DNA of 64,000 nucleotides, from contig CAVXPZ010000004.1 of NCBI GenBank assembly GCA_963763775.1, forward strand, positions 544,001 through 608,000. Direction: 5' to 3'. Within the stretch, counting starts at the first letter, position 1, and the number at the start of each line of letters is the position of its first letter. Both the position numbers and the translations under genes were made by a program. The DNA is from an uncultured Chloroflexia bacterium (GTDB lineage Bacteria > Chloroflexota > Limnocylindria > Limnocylindrales > CSP1-4). The notes beneath the pieces were generated by a model that saw nothing but the letters and a program-made list of their open reading frames with translations, searched no databases and was not told the origin of the DNA. Of this stretch, positions 51,183 to 61,297 are shown piece by piece.

Positions 51183-52301
51183 ATGACCGACGCGCCCGCT
51201 GCGCCCACCGCCGACGCCCGACCGTACTCGCCCGGGCTGGCCGGGGTCGTCGCCGGCGAGACCGCCCTGTGCATGATCGACGGCGAGGCCGGCCGGCTCC
51301 TGTACCGCGGCTATCGCATCGGCGACATCGTGGAACGCGGCACGTACGGCGCGGTCGCGAACCTCCTCTGGACCGGCGACTGGGACCCCGCCCATCACCT
51401 CGCGACGGGCCCCGTCCCGCCCGAGGTCCTCACGGTCCTGCGGGCGCTGCCGACCACGACCAAGCCCATGGACGCCCTTCGGACCGCCGTGTCGACCTGG
51501 GGCGCGGTCACCGACTTGGCCTGGCCGCCGACCGTCGAGCAGGCCCGAGCGCTGACATCGGCGTCACCGTCGATGCTGGCGGCGTTCGCCCGGATCCGAC
51601 AGGGTCTCGAACCGATCGAGCCAGACCCCTCGCTCGATCTCGTCACCGGGTTCCTCTACCAGCTGAAGGGGGTCGTGCCCGACGCCGGGACGGCGAAGGC
51701 GCTCGATGCGTACTTCATGGTCGGCGCGGAGCACAGCTTCAACGCGTCGACCTTCACGGCGCGCGTGATCATCTCGACGCGGTCGGATATCGCGTCCGCC
51801 GTCGCCGGGGCGATCGGCACGATGAAGGGACCGCTCCATGGCGGGGCGCCGACCGAGGTGGTCGACCAGCTCGCTCAGATCGGCTCCCCCGAACGCGCCG
51901 AGGCCTGGCTCAACGAGGCGCTCGACCGCAAGGAGCGGTTGATGGGCTTCGGGCACCGCGTCTATCGGGCGTACGACCCGCGAGCGGCGGCGCTGCGCAA
52001 GGTCGCCGAGTCGATGCCGAACCCGCCGGACTGGCTCCAGATGGCGATCGCCGTGGAGGACACCGCGCTCCGGGTCCTCGCCGAGCGGCACCCCGAGCGG
52101 GCGCTCAAGACGAACGTCGAGTACTACGCGGCCCCGGTGCTGCTGGGCGTGGGCCTCTCCCCGGACCTGTTCCCGGCGACGTTCTCGCTGGCGCGCCACG
52201 CCGGCTGGACCGCGCACACCCTCGAACAGAGCGCCGAGGACCGGCTCATCCGCCCCGACGTCCGCTATGTCGGCCCGCCGGAGCGCGACCTCCCGGCCTG
52301 A
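51183..52301 (+). CDS. Citrate synthase family protein (short type)
   Basis: EHSFNAST, GPLHGGA, MGFGHRVY..DPRA, NVEYY. Confidence 0.93.
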   Translation: MTDAPAAPTADARPYSPGLAGVVAGETALCMIDGEAGRLLYRGYRIGDIVERGTYGAVANLLWTGDWDPAHHLATGPVPPEVLTVLRALPTTTKPMDALRTAVSTWGAVTDLAWPPTVEQARALTSASPSMLAAFARIRQGLEPIEPDPSLDLVTGFLYQLKGVVPDAGTAKALDAYFMVGAEHSFNASTFTARVIISTRSDIASAVAGAIGTMKGPLHGGAPTEVVDQLAQIGSPERAEAWLNEALDRKERLMGFGHRVYRAYDPRAAALRKVAESMPNPPDWLQMAIAVEDTALRVLAERHPERALKTNVEYYAAPVLLGVGLSPDLFPATFSLARHAGWTAHTLEQSAEDRLIRPDVRYVGPPERDLPA

Positions 52302-52311
52302 CGCCGGCCGT

Positions 52312-53316
52312 CTACAGGTAACCGCGCCGCCGGAAGTAGACGACGAGCAGGACGAGCAGGATGGCCATGAACAGCATGATGCCGACGAATGCGACCGGCT
52401 CGCCCTGGCCGGGAACGGGGACGTTCATCCCGAAGATGCTCGCGATGAGCGTCAGGGGGAGCAGCACCACGCTGACCGCGGTCAGCACCCGGAACGAGTC
52501 GTTCAGGCGGTGTGACAGCACGGACTCGTTGGTCGACTCGAGGCCCTCGATCACTTCCTTGTAGTTCTCGAGCGTGTCCCAGATCCGCTCGGCCGCGTCC
52601 GAGATATCGTCGAAGTAGATCTCCAGCTCGTCCTGGAGGTACTGCTGCTTGGTCCGCTCGAGGTCGCGCAGGACGGCGCGCTGGGGGCGGACGATCTTGC
52701 GGAAGTTGATGATCTCCTGCTTCGTGTCGGACAGCGAGCGCACGATCTCCGACGAGCGACCCTCGAAGATGTCGTCCTCGAGCCGGTCCAGCTTGAGCCC
52801 GACCTTGCGGAGCATCGGGAACGACGCGTCGACGCAGGCGTCGACGATCTTGTAGAGCAGGTAGCCCGAGCCCTTCGCGAAGGTCGCCTCGCGGAGATCG
52901 GCCTTCTCGCGGTATCGCTCGAACATCGCCGTCAGTGGCGGGAGTGCGATGTTCGGCAGCGTGATCAGGTAGTCGGGACCCAGGAACAGGTCCAGCTCGG
53001 CGGTCAGGATGCGCGCCTGGTCTTTGTCGTAGAGCGGGAAGTGCAGGATGATGAAGACGTAGTCGTCGTACTGGTCGAGCTTCGGGCGGTTGTTCCGGGA
53101 GTACACGTCCTCGAAGTCGAGAGGGTGGAACGCGAAGTTCTCCTCCAGCCAGTCGCGGTCGGCGATCCGCGGCGACTCGATGTGGATCCACCGGAGCCCG
53201 GCCGTCTCGATGATCTCGGGCGCCGCGATATCCGCCGGCAGGTCCGAGTCGGCGGATCCGGAGATCCGTCGAGACCGCGGTCGGGGCAGCGGGCGAGGCA
53301 GGGCGATGCTTGGCAC
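52312..53316 (-). CDS. corA: CorA family Mg2+/Co2+ transporter
   Basis: FHPL..ED, RPK, C-terminal FGMN and two TMs. Confidence 0.92.
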   Translation of the reverse strand: MPSIALPRPLPRPRSRRISGSADSDLPADIAAPEIIETAGLRWIHIESPRIADRDWLEENFAFHPLDFEDVYSRNNRPKLDQYDDYVFIILHFPLYDKDQARILTAELDLFLGPDYLITLPNIALPPLTAMFERYREKADLREATFAKGSGYLLYKIVDACVDASFPMLRKVGLKLDRLEDDIFEGRSSEIVRSLSDTKQEIINFRKIVRPQRAVLRDLERTKQQYLQDELEIYFDDISDAAERIWDTLENYKEVIEGLESTNESVLSHRLNDSFRVLTAVSVVLLPLTLIASIFGMNVPVPGQGEPVAFVGIMLFMAILLVLLVVYFRRRGYL

Positions 53317-53443
53317 CGCGACAGGATAGACCCCCTCCCCCGGCCCGGAACCCGTACGGAGGGGCCATGGCGTGCGTGTCAGCCGCGAGGCGGCGGCGCA
53401 GCGAGCCGATGACGCCGGGCTCGCCCCGGCCCGGGCCGGCTGA

Positions 53444-54713
53444 TCAGGCCGTGGCGACCGCCCCCGTCGACGGACGTCGGCGCAGCGCGATGACGCCGGC
53501 CCCCGCCAGGAAGACCAGACCGCCCACGACGAACGGCGCGGTCGCGCCGCCTTGCGAGGCGACGAGCGCGCCGGCCGCTGGTCCGATGATCCCTGCGGCG
53601 TAGAGCGGCAGGTAGACGAGGTTCAGGGTCGCGGACCGCCGCTCCGCCGGGACCTCCATCGCCAGCAGGCCGAAGATCATCGCCGTCACCGTGGCCGTGG
53701 ACGCGCCGAGGACGACCGCGAGCACGGCGAGTCCCGGCACCGCCGGCATGAGCGGCATGAGCAGGAGCGCCGTCCCCGCCCCGGCCAGCGCCGAGATGAG
53801 GACCGGCCGGAATCCGACCCGGTCGCCCAGGAGCCCACCCAGCGGCGAGACCAGGGCGCCGACCAGCGCCGCCGTCCCCATGACCAGCCCGATCGCCGAC
53901 GCGAGACCCGGTCCGGGACCCGACGAGCGCCTCGACGAGGACGGGGATGTACGGCCGGCTCATCTGCGTGCCGAGGTACGCGAAGCCGAAGATCACGAAG
54001 ATCCGGCGGACGGCAGGATCGCGAAGGGCACCGCGGACGGCGCCGAGCGCGAGCTCGAGGATGCCACCCGTCGGCACGACCTCGGGTCGAACCTCCTTCG
54101 AGCCGAACCACACCAGGCAGGCCGTCCCGATCGACAGCAGCGCCGAGAACCAGAACACGCCGTCGAACGACCAGCCCAGGCCGTCGATCAACACGCCCGC
54201 GAGGACCGGCCCGACGGCGAACCCGATCGGCCCCGACGAGCCGAAGACCGCGATGGTCACACCGAGTCGCCGAAGGGGCGTGACGTCGCGGATGCCCGCC
54301 AGCATCACGCCGGTGTTCCCGAGCTGGAAGCCGATCAACAGCATCGAGAGCGCGAGCTGCCACGGCTCGCGGGAGAGCGCCACGCACGCGAACACGACGG
54401 CCTCGACCAGGCAGCTCCGGACGATCACGGCCTTGCGGCTGTACTTGTCGGCCCAGACGCCCCAGAGCGGGACCAGCGGCATCCCGACGACGAAGATCAG
54501 CGCACTGAACAGGCCGATGAACGCGAGCCGCTCGTCGTGCGGAACGCCCATCTTCGTGAGGTACGCCGGCAGCAGGGCGTAGATCTGGCTGACGCCGAGG
54601 CCCTCCACCATCGAGGTGATCCAGAACACGACGACGAGCACTCGCCAGTCCTGGGCCGGATGGTTCGGGTGGGCGCTCGGGGTGGGCGCGGTCGTCGCGC
54701 CGGTGTCGGGCAT
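53444..54713 (-). CDS. MFS transporter; frameshift near 53915
   Basis: WG.WADKYSRK and GG.LGDRVG.R MFS loop motifs in two frames. Confidence 0.87.
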
Positions 54714-54767
54714 CCGGCGAAGCCTACCGGACCTCGGCGCCGACCACCGGGACGGCATCGGACGCAC

Positions 54768-54957
54768 GAAAGCGCCCGAAGGAACTGGTGGATCCGACCG
54801 TTCGACGGGTCCGCTGGCTCCGAACAAGTCCGGAGTCTTCGGTCGCCGCCGGGTCCCTCGCTCGCTGGCCTTGCGGCCCTCGAACCTGGTTCCCGGGACC
54901 GTCCTGAGGATCGCTCCCCTGACCGGTCTGGCGGTTCGTACCTGCCCCTTCGGGCAA
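54768..54957 (-). ncRNA. Structured ~190-nt RNA, 6S RNA-like
   Basis: 5' GCCCGAAGGGGC pairs with 3' GUUCCUUCGGGC; long closing stem, central bubble with side hairpins, apical GGCC-GCAA-GGCC; -10 TACATT at 54963-54968. Confidence 0.6.
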
Positions 54958-54997
54958 GACGAAATGTACGGGCGGGGGCCTATCGGCCACAACGGGC

Positions 54998-55072
54998 TTA
55001 TCCACGAACTTCGGTGAAACCGCTCGACCCTTATCCCCGAAGTTCTCAACGTTGTGGATGAGTTGTGGATAC
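54998..55072. promoter_or_regulatory. Cluster of DnaA-box-like 9-mers
   Basis: TTATCCACG 54998, TTATCCCCG 55031, TGTGGATGA 55053, TGTGGATAC 55064 (1-2 mismatches to TTATCCACA). Confidence 0.6.
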
Positions 55073-55092
55073 TCACCGGGGAGGTGTCACTG

Positions 55093-55961
55093 ATGGCCCG
55101 CTTGCTGGCTCGACTCGTGGTCATGAACGACGGCTGGGCGCGGCCGTTCGGCGACTTCAACCACCGATGGCTGTCCGCGCTCTTCCGGCCGATGCCGGCG
55201 GTCCGCGACCTCCTGAACGGGCGTTGGCTGGGCCACCCGCTGCACGCGGCACTCACCGACCTCCCGATCGGGCTGTTGCTCGGCGTGGTCGCCCTCGACG
55301 TCCTCGGCCAGCCGGGGGCGGCAGACATCGCCCTCGTCCTGGTGGTCCTGACGATGGTCGCGGCCGCCGTCACGGGCGCGGCGGACTACTCGGACACCGA
55401 TGGGACGGCGCGCACCCGCGCCACGCTGCACGCGACGCTGATGGTCGTGGCGCTCCTGCTGCTGCTCGTGTCGCTCGGGCTTCGAGCCGGCGGTTCGAGC
55501 GATCGGACCATCCCGGTGGGGCTCGACCTCGTCGCGTTCCTGATCGTGTCGGCCGGGGCGTTCGTCGGCGGGGACGTCGTCTACGTGCTGGGCAACATGG
55601 TCAGCCGGCACGCGTTCCGGGGCGCGGGGCGAAGTGGATCCGCCTGGACCTCGGATCCCTGTCGGACCTTTCGGCGCTGCCCGAGGCGTCACCCACCAAG
55701 TTCAAGGCCGGGATCAACGACCTGGTCGTCGTCCGGATCGGCGACACGATCCATGCGATGCACGCCGTCTGCGCCCACGCGGGCGGGCCCCTGGAGAAGG
55801 GGACGGTCGTGGACGGCTGCCTCCAGTGTCCCTGGCACGGGGCCCGGTATCGCCTCGCGGACGGCCACGTGATGCGCGGCCCCTCGCTGTACGACCAGCC
55901 GGCGTACGACATCCGAGCAGCCGAGGGCGGCGGCTACGAGGTCCGGCGCGCGACGGCATAG
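55093..55961 (+). CDS. DUF2231 membrane domain + Rieske [2Fe-2S] protein; frameshift near 55625
   Basis: WLGHPLHAALTD.PIG, then CAH.GGPL and CPWHG in the shifted frame. Confidence 0.88.
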
Positions 55962-57364
55962 GCGGCGAGGGCCCGAGTCCTCGCCTCGGCATGGTCGACG
56001 ATCGGCCACGGATAGTCGACGCCGAGCCGGCATCGCGCCTCGGCCTGCTCCTCCGCCGTCAGCAGCCACGGTTCGTGGATCTGCCCGTTCGGAACCGTGG
56101 CGAGCTCGGGGACCCAGCGTCGGACGTACGCCCCGTCGGGGTCCGACCGGCGCCCCTGCGCGACCGGGTTGAAGATCCGGAAGTACGGCTGCGGGTCCGT
56201 GCCGGTCGAGGCGCACCACTGCCAACCGCCGTTGTTCGAGGCGACGTCGCCGTCGACGAGATGACGCATGAAGTGCGCCTCCCCGACGCGCCAGTCGACC
56301 AGCAGGTCTTTCGTCAGGAACGACGCCACGACCATGCGGGCACGGTTCGGCATCCAGCCCGTCGCGAGGAGCTCGCGCATCGCGGCGTCGACGAACGGGT
56401 AGCCGGTCCGGCCGGTCCGCCACGCCTCGATCGCGGTCGAGTCGGTCGACCACGCCATCGAGTCGAACGCCGCGCGGGATGACCGACGGCGCACATCCGG
56501 GCGGTGGAACAGGACGTGCGCGTAGAACTCGCGCCACACGAGCTCGTTGAGGAAGGCATGGCGCCCGTCGCCGTCGCCGACGGCCCGCTCGACGACCTCG
56601 AGCGCGGAGAGCGATCCGAGGTGCAGGTCCGCCGACAGCCGGGAGGTCCCGTTCGGGCGGTCGGACCGGTCGCGCGAGCCGGCATACGTCTCGAGGCCGG
56701 TGGCCAGCCACCGATCCAGCCGCGCGCGGGCGGCGGCCTCGCCAGGAAGCGGTAACGCGGCGAGGTCGGCGGTCGGCCCCTCGCCGAGCCCCAGGTCCGA
56801 CACCGATGGGATGCGACCCGGCGCCAGGCCGTGGTCGGGAAGGTGTGTCGGCGCGGCCAGGACGGCTCGGCGAGGCTGTGCCTCCCAGGCACGCCGGAAC
56901 GGCGAGTAGACCCGGAACGGGCCACCGAGCGCGGTCGAGACCTCCTCGGGCTCATGGACCAGCACGCCCGGCTCCTCGCGGAGCGCCGCACCGACCCGCG
57001 CGAGCGCGGCGGCGACCGCGCGGTCCCGCGCCCGGCCGTACGGCGCGTAGTCGCGCGAGACGAACACGTCCGTCGCGCCGATGTCCGCGGCGAGCGCGGG
57101 CACGACCTCCCGGGGGTCGCCGACCCGGACGACGAGCGGCGCACCGACGGCCGCCAGGTCCGCCGCCAGGACCCGGACGGTCTCGAGCAGGAACCAGGTC
57201 CGATTCGGGCTCGCGAACCGGCCGTGGACGAGCCGCGGATCCACGACGAACAACGGGACGACGGCTCGGCCGTCCGTCGCGGCGGTCGTCAACGCGGGAT
57301 GGTCGTGGAGGCGGAGGTCGCGGCGGAACCACACGATCGCCGGGCGCTCGATGGGCATCACCAT
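55934..57364 (-). CDS. phrB: Deoxyribodipyrimidine photolyase (class I CPD)
   Basis: WFRRDLRLHD.PAL, TSRLS, ELVWREF, TGYPFVDAAMR, N.GGWQW, YFRIFNP. Confidence 0.96.
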   Translation of the reverse strand: MVMPIERPAIVWFRRDLRLHDHPALTTAATDGRAVVPLFVVDPRLVHGRFASPNRTWFLLETVRVLAADLAAVGAPLVVRVGDPREVVPALAADIGATDVFVSRDYAPYGRARDRAVAAALARVGAALREEPGVLVHEPEEVSTALGGPFRVYSPFRRAWEAQPRRAVLAAPTHLPDHGLAPGRIPSVSDLGLGEGPTADLAALPLPGEAAARARLDRWLATGLETYAGSRDRSDRPNGTSRLSADLHLGSLSALEVVERAVGDGDGRHAFLNELVWREFYAHVLFHRPDVRRRSSRAAFDSMAWSTDSTAIEAWRTGRTGYPFVDAAMRELLATGWMPNRARMVVASFLTKDLLVDWRVGEAHFMRHLVDGDVASNNGGWQWCASTGTDPQPYFRIFNPVAQGRRSDPDGAYVRRWVPELATVPNGQIHEPWLLTAEEQAEARCRLGVDYPWPIVDHAEARTRALAAYAVARRTS

Positions 57365-57405
57365 CCCATTCGGACGAGCCCTCCCGACGGACGCATCATC
57401 TGCGG

Positions 57406-57930
57406 GTGCATCCCATCGAGATCCCGGACCCGTCGCTCGTCGTGCTGATCGGCGCGGCCGGGTCGGGCAAGTCGACGTTCGCCGCCCGCCATTTCGCGCC
57501 GGACGAGGTCCTCTCGTCCGACACGTTCCGGCGGATGCTGAGCGGCGACGAGGCGGACCAGCGGGCGTCCGGCCTGGCGTTCCGCCGCCTGCACGAGGAG
57601 CTGGCGCGGCGTCTGGCGCGCCGCGAGTTGACGGTGGTCGATGCGACCAACGTCACGCCGCATGCCCGGCGCGTGCTCCTGGCCCGAGCCGGCGACGCGC
57701 AGGTGCCGACGGTGGCCGTCGTGCTGGACCTGCCCGCTGCCGTCGTCCACGCCCAGAACCGAAGCCGGGCGAACCGGGTCGTGCCGGTCGATGTGGTGGA
57801 ACGTCACCTGGACGGCTTGCGGGTCACCATCGCCTCGGGCCGGCTGGACTCGGAGGGGTTCGCGGCCATCTACCGCCTCGACGGCTCGGTCCGGCTGGAC
57901 GAGGTCAGGATCGTCCGTCGGCGGGGATGA
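57406..57930 (+). CDS. P-loop kinase (AAA_33, polynucleotide-kinase-like)
   Basis: GAAGSGKST, SSD..R, VVDATN, N..R. Confidence 0.87.
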   Translation: MHPIEIPDPSLVVLIGAAGSGKSTFAARHFAPDEVLSSDTFRRMLSGDEADQRASGLAFRRLHEELARRLARRELTVVDATNVTPHARRVLLARAGDAQVPTVAVVLDLPAAVVHAQNRSRANRVVPVDVVERHLDGLRVTIASGRLDSEGFAAIYRLDGSVRLDEVRIVRRRG

Positions 57931-58252
57931 CGATACGGCCGAAGGGCCGCGCGCGGAGCTCCACCCAGATCCCGTTCCGTAGGTAGATGTCGTCGCCGAC
58001 GATCGCGATCGCCTCGGCTTCGCTCGCGGCCCGGACCAGCAGCACGGACATGGAGAGGTCGCTGAACGCCCCGGCCTCCACGTAGGTCCCGTCGCTCAGC
58101 CGGCGCGAGATCCCTGCCAGGTGCTCGGGGCGGAACGGCACGCGTGCCTCGGCGGCGTCCGGGGCGAGGGTGGCCTCGACCAGCCAGACGACCTCCGTGG
58201 TCGCCGCCGGGGTGGGGGTGGGGTGGTTCGCGGCTGGCTCGATGGCGTCCAT
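57905..58252 (-). CDS. YciI family protein
   Basis: R.PFRPEHL, AG.F.D, D.Y...G.W. Confidence 0.8.
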   Translation of the reverse strand: MDAIEPAANHPTPTPAATTEVVWLVEATLAPDAAEARVPFRPEHLAGISRRLSDGTYVEAGAFSDLSMSVLLVRAASEAEAIAIVGDDIYLRNGIWVELRARPFGRIVIPADGRS

Positions 58253-58262
58253 ATCCGGCAGT

Positions 58263-59120
58263 CTAGGCGTTGCCGATGCCGATCAGTGCGACGGCGACCG
58301 CGGCCAGCGCGATGCCGACGGCGTGCGATCGCGTGACGCGCTCGTGCAGGACGGTGGCGGCCAGGATGACCGTCGTGACGGGATAGAGGGACGAGACGAC
58401 GGCCGCCACGGCCAGCGTGCCGGCCTGCAGGGCGAGCAGGTAGAACGCGTTCCCCGCCATGTCCGCGACGCCGATGCCGACGATCGCGGGGACCAGGGCT
58501 CGTGGGGGGCGCCACGCCGCTCGGGTCGCGGCGATCACGCCGATCAGGAGCACGGCCTCGGTCCCGCGGATGATCGCGAGGTCCCCGTAGACGTGGCCGG
58601 CGTCGAGCCGTGAGATGAGGATGCTGAAGCACCCGATGGCGCTCCCCGACAGCAGTGCCAGCCCGAGCCCGCTCCGCCCGCCGCCCTCGTCCTGGACGCG
58701 GCTCACGAGCAGGACGGCGAGCAGGGCCAGGACGATCCCGACGAGCACGATGGTCGCCGGAGGACCCTCGAGGACGATCCCCGCGATCACCGGGATCGAA
58801 GCCCCAAGCACGCCGGTGACCGGCGCGACGATCCCCATCCGGCCGACCGCGAGACCCCGGTACAACGCGGTGATGCCCACCACGCCCACGGCGCCGGCGG
58901 CCACGGCCAGGACGAGGTCCTTGGCCACCGGGAGGGATTCCTGTCCGGCGACCGAGAAGGCCACGGCGATCGCCATCCCGACGAGCTGGGAGATCAGGAC
59001 GACTCCGAAGACCGCGGCGCGGCGGCTCATGAGCCCGCCCCCGAAGTCGCCGGCCCCCCAGGAGAGCGCCGAGGCCAGGCCGAGGACGACCGTCGCGATC
59101 CCGGGATCGAGCCCGGTCAG
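58263..59120 (-). CDS. EamA/DMT family transporter (possible CTG start)
   Basis: WGAGDFGGG, YRGLA.G.M.IVAP, SSLYP, LHER. Confidence 0.88.
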   Translation of the reverse strand: MTGLDPGIATVVLGLASALSWGAGDFGGGLMSRRAAVFGVVLISQLVGMAIAVAFSVAGQESLPVAKDLVLAVAAGAVGVVGITALYRGLAVGRMGIVAPVTGVLGASIPVIAGIVLEGPPATIVLVGIVLALLAVLLVSRVQDEGGGRSGLGLALLSGSAIGCFSILISRLDAGHVYGDLAIIRGTEAVLLIGVIAATRAAWRPPRALVPAIVGIGVADMAGNAFYLLALQAGTLAVAAVVSSLYPVTTVILAATVLHERVTRSHAVGIALAAVAVALIGIGNA

Positions 59121-61297
59121 GCCACGACCTCGTCGGGGGCCGGCTGGTCGTCGACGGCCGTGGGGCCGGGGAGCTCGACGATCGCGTCGGCCGCGCTGTC
59201 GTACCGATCCGAGGTCGTGAGATAGATGACCTGGAAATCGGTCGCCACGGCGCGGATGAGCTCGAGCGCGCGCGTCGCACGGCCGTCGTCGAGCGTCACG
59301 AACGGGTCGTCGAAGATCAGCGGCGGCCGCCGGTCGCCGGTCACGAGGCGGACGAGGCCGAGGCGCGCGGTGAGGTAGACCAGGTCGAGCGTGCCCTGGC
59401 TGAGCGAGGTGACCTTCACCCAGTCGCGCTTCTCGGGGGCTCGGACCTCGATGTCGAGCGTCTTGTCGTCGATCCGGACGTGGCGGTAGCGGCCGGCGGT
59501 CGCGATCCCCAGGTCCTTCAGCATCCGCTGCTCGAGGTACCGCGTGGCCGACTTCATCGTGGCCTGCTCCGCGTCCTCGATCGAGCGCAGCGTCGTCTCG
59601 TAGACGCGGTTCCGCCGCTGGAGTGCGGCCAGCTGTTCCTTCCAGGTCGCGAGCCGTTCGGCCTGGCCGGCGACCTGCTCCGCGTCGACCGGGTTGGCCT
59701 CGACGCGTGCCCGGGCGTTCGCCTCGTCGTCCCTGGCGTGCTCGAGCGCGGCCTCCTGGTCGCGGACCTCGACCTCGAGGCGCTCCCGGGCGCGTGGCTC
59801 CTTGGCGATCGGCCCGAGGTGCTCGATCGCACTCGTCTTCTGCTCGATCTCGAGGGCCGCCGCGTCGCGCGTGACCCCGAGGGTCTCGGGGGGCTCCTTC
59901 CCGACGAGGCCGTCGAGCTGCGCCGTGAGGCGGTCGATCTGGCCGACGTGGGCCTCCTCGCGGGCGAGCAGGTCCTCGACGGCGGCCAGGTTCTCGAGCC
60001 CGAACGTCCCGAGCCGACGGGCGATCTCCTGGTCCACCTGGAAGAGCTCCGCCTCCATCTCGGACTTGCCGCGCAGCCGACGGTCGATCTCGACATCGCG
60101 CAGCTCGGCCTGGGTCTTGGAGCCCCGTCGCAGCCGGTACGCGACGAACGCGAGCACGACGCCGATGACGGCGACGATCGCCCCCACGATCGACGGGATG
60201 ATCCCGAGGTTGACGACGCCGGCAGCGCTGAGGACCAGCGGGGCGATCGCGAGGATCAGGCCGAACACGATGAGCGGGATCGACCACGTCCGGTACGGCT
60301 TCCACACGCGCTCCGGAGCGACCTCGAAGTTGACGTTGACCTCGCCCGCGAGGGCGGCGCGAAGCTCGCGTCCGCGCACGTCGAGCGTCCGGAGGCGCTC
60401 CACACCCGCCCGAAGCACCGGCAGCGGATTGGGCGACGGGTGCGTGGTGGCGAGCCGGCCGAGTTCCTCGTTGACCTCGACCGCCTGGCGGAAGCGGTCG
60501 TAGCGCTGCTGCGCAGTGTCGCGCTCGGCGACCAGTCGCTCGGCTTGCCGGGCCTTCTCGAGGAGGGCGCGCCGTTCGACCAAGGCGGTCTCGGCGTCGG
60601 CGCGGCGGGCCAGGGCCGCGTTCAGCGTGTCGCGGTCCTGGGCCAATTGCGCCAGCTGGCTGTCGCCCAGGTCGACACTGGCCTGTGTCTGGGCGACGGC
60701 CGCCTCGGCCACCTTGAGTCGACCGGGGTTCTTGTCGCCCTTCGTCGTCAGGTCATGGAGGGCCTTCTCGAGCTTCTTCTTGGCCTGGCTCGTCCCGCGG
60801 TCGGCGCCGCTGATCGACGCCTGGAGGCGGTCGCGCAGGGCGGCCTCGTCGCGGGCGAGATCGGCGAGCTCGTGGTGGCGGACCGAGGCGGTCGACCGGA
60901 AGAACGCCTCGGTCGGGATACCGGTGAGCTCGGCGAGCACCTGGTCGGCGAGGGCGGGGTCGGTGATGGACTGGCCGTCGTAGTCGAGTCGGACCGTCCC
61001 CTTGGTCCCCGCGAACGTCTTCTCGAGCTGACCGGGCTTGGTGACGCCGTCCTCGTCCTCGTCGAAATCGATGACGACGACGCTCGGCACCTCGTCCGCC
61101 GCGTCCCAGGGCCGCAACGCACTCATGTCGCTCGCCGCGCTGGTGACGCGGCGGGTCAGGGCCAGCTCAAGGGACCGCTGGATCGTGGACTTCCCGGCTT
61201 CGTTCGGGCCGCGGACGATCGTGAGACCGGGTGCCAGGTCGATCGCGAGGTCGCGGTAGCGGCGGAAGTCCCGCAGCTGGATCCGGCGGATCCTCAC
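59117..61297 (-). CDS. Rad50/SbcC-like ATPase (YhaN-type) with central TM hairpin
   Basis: GPNEAGKST, coiled coils, LSQGT, IFDDPF, LTT. Confidence 0.88.
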   Translation of the reverse strand: MRIRRIQLRDFRRYRDLAIDLAPGLTIVRGPNEAGKSTIQRSLELALTRRVTSAASDMSALRPWDAADEVPSVVVIDFDEDEDGVTKPGQLEKTFAGTKGTVRLDYDGQSITDPALADQVLAELTGIPTEAFFRSTASVRHHELADLARDEAALRDRLQASISGADRGTSQAKKKLEKALHDLTTKGDKNPGRLKVAEAAVAQTQASVDLGDSQLAQLAQDRDTLNAALARRADAETALVERRALLEKARQAERLVAERDTAQQRYDRFRQAVEVNEELGRLATTHPSPNPLPVLRAGVERLRTLDVRGRELRAALAGEVNVNFEVAPERVWKPYRTWSIPLIVFGLILAIAPLVLSAAGVVNLGIIPSIVGAIVAVIGVVLAFVAYRLRRGSKTQAELRDVEIDRRLRGKSEMEAELFQVDQEIARRLGTFGLENLAAVEDLLAREEAHVGQIDRLTAQLDGLVGKEPPETLGVTRDAAALEIEQKTSAIEHLGPIAKEPRARERLEVEVRDQEAALEHARDDEANARARVEANPVDAEQVAGQAERLATWKEQLAALQRRNRVYETTLRSIEDAEQATMKSATRYLEQRMLKDLGIATAGRYRHVRIDDKTLDIEVRAPEKRDWVKVTSLSQGTLDLVYLTARLGLVRLVTGDRRPPLIFDDPFVTLDDGRATRALELIRAVATDFQVIYLTTSDRYDSAADAIVELPGPTAVDDQPAPDEVVA

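Noticed and set aside
52100-52135. Citrate synthase catalytic Asp replaced by Glu (NVEYY) as a novelty
   Set aside because: An NVE(F/Y) variant is, to my recollection, normal in the short actinobacterial CitA-type subfamily
54768-54957. SRP RNA, RNase P RNA or tmRNA identity for the structured RNA
   Set aside because: Lacks the SRP domain IV CAGG-GGAA-GCAGC motif and tRNA-like ends; too short for RNase P or tmRNA
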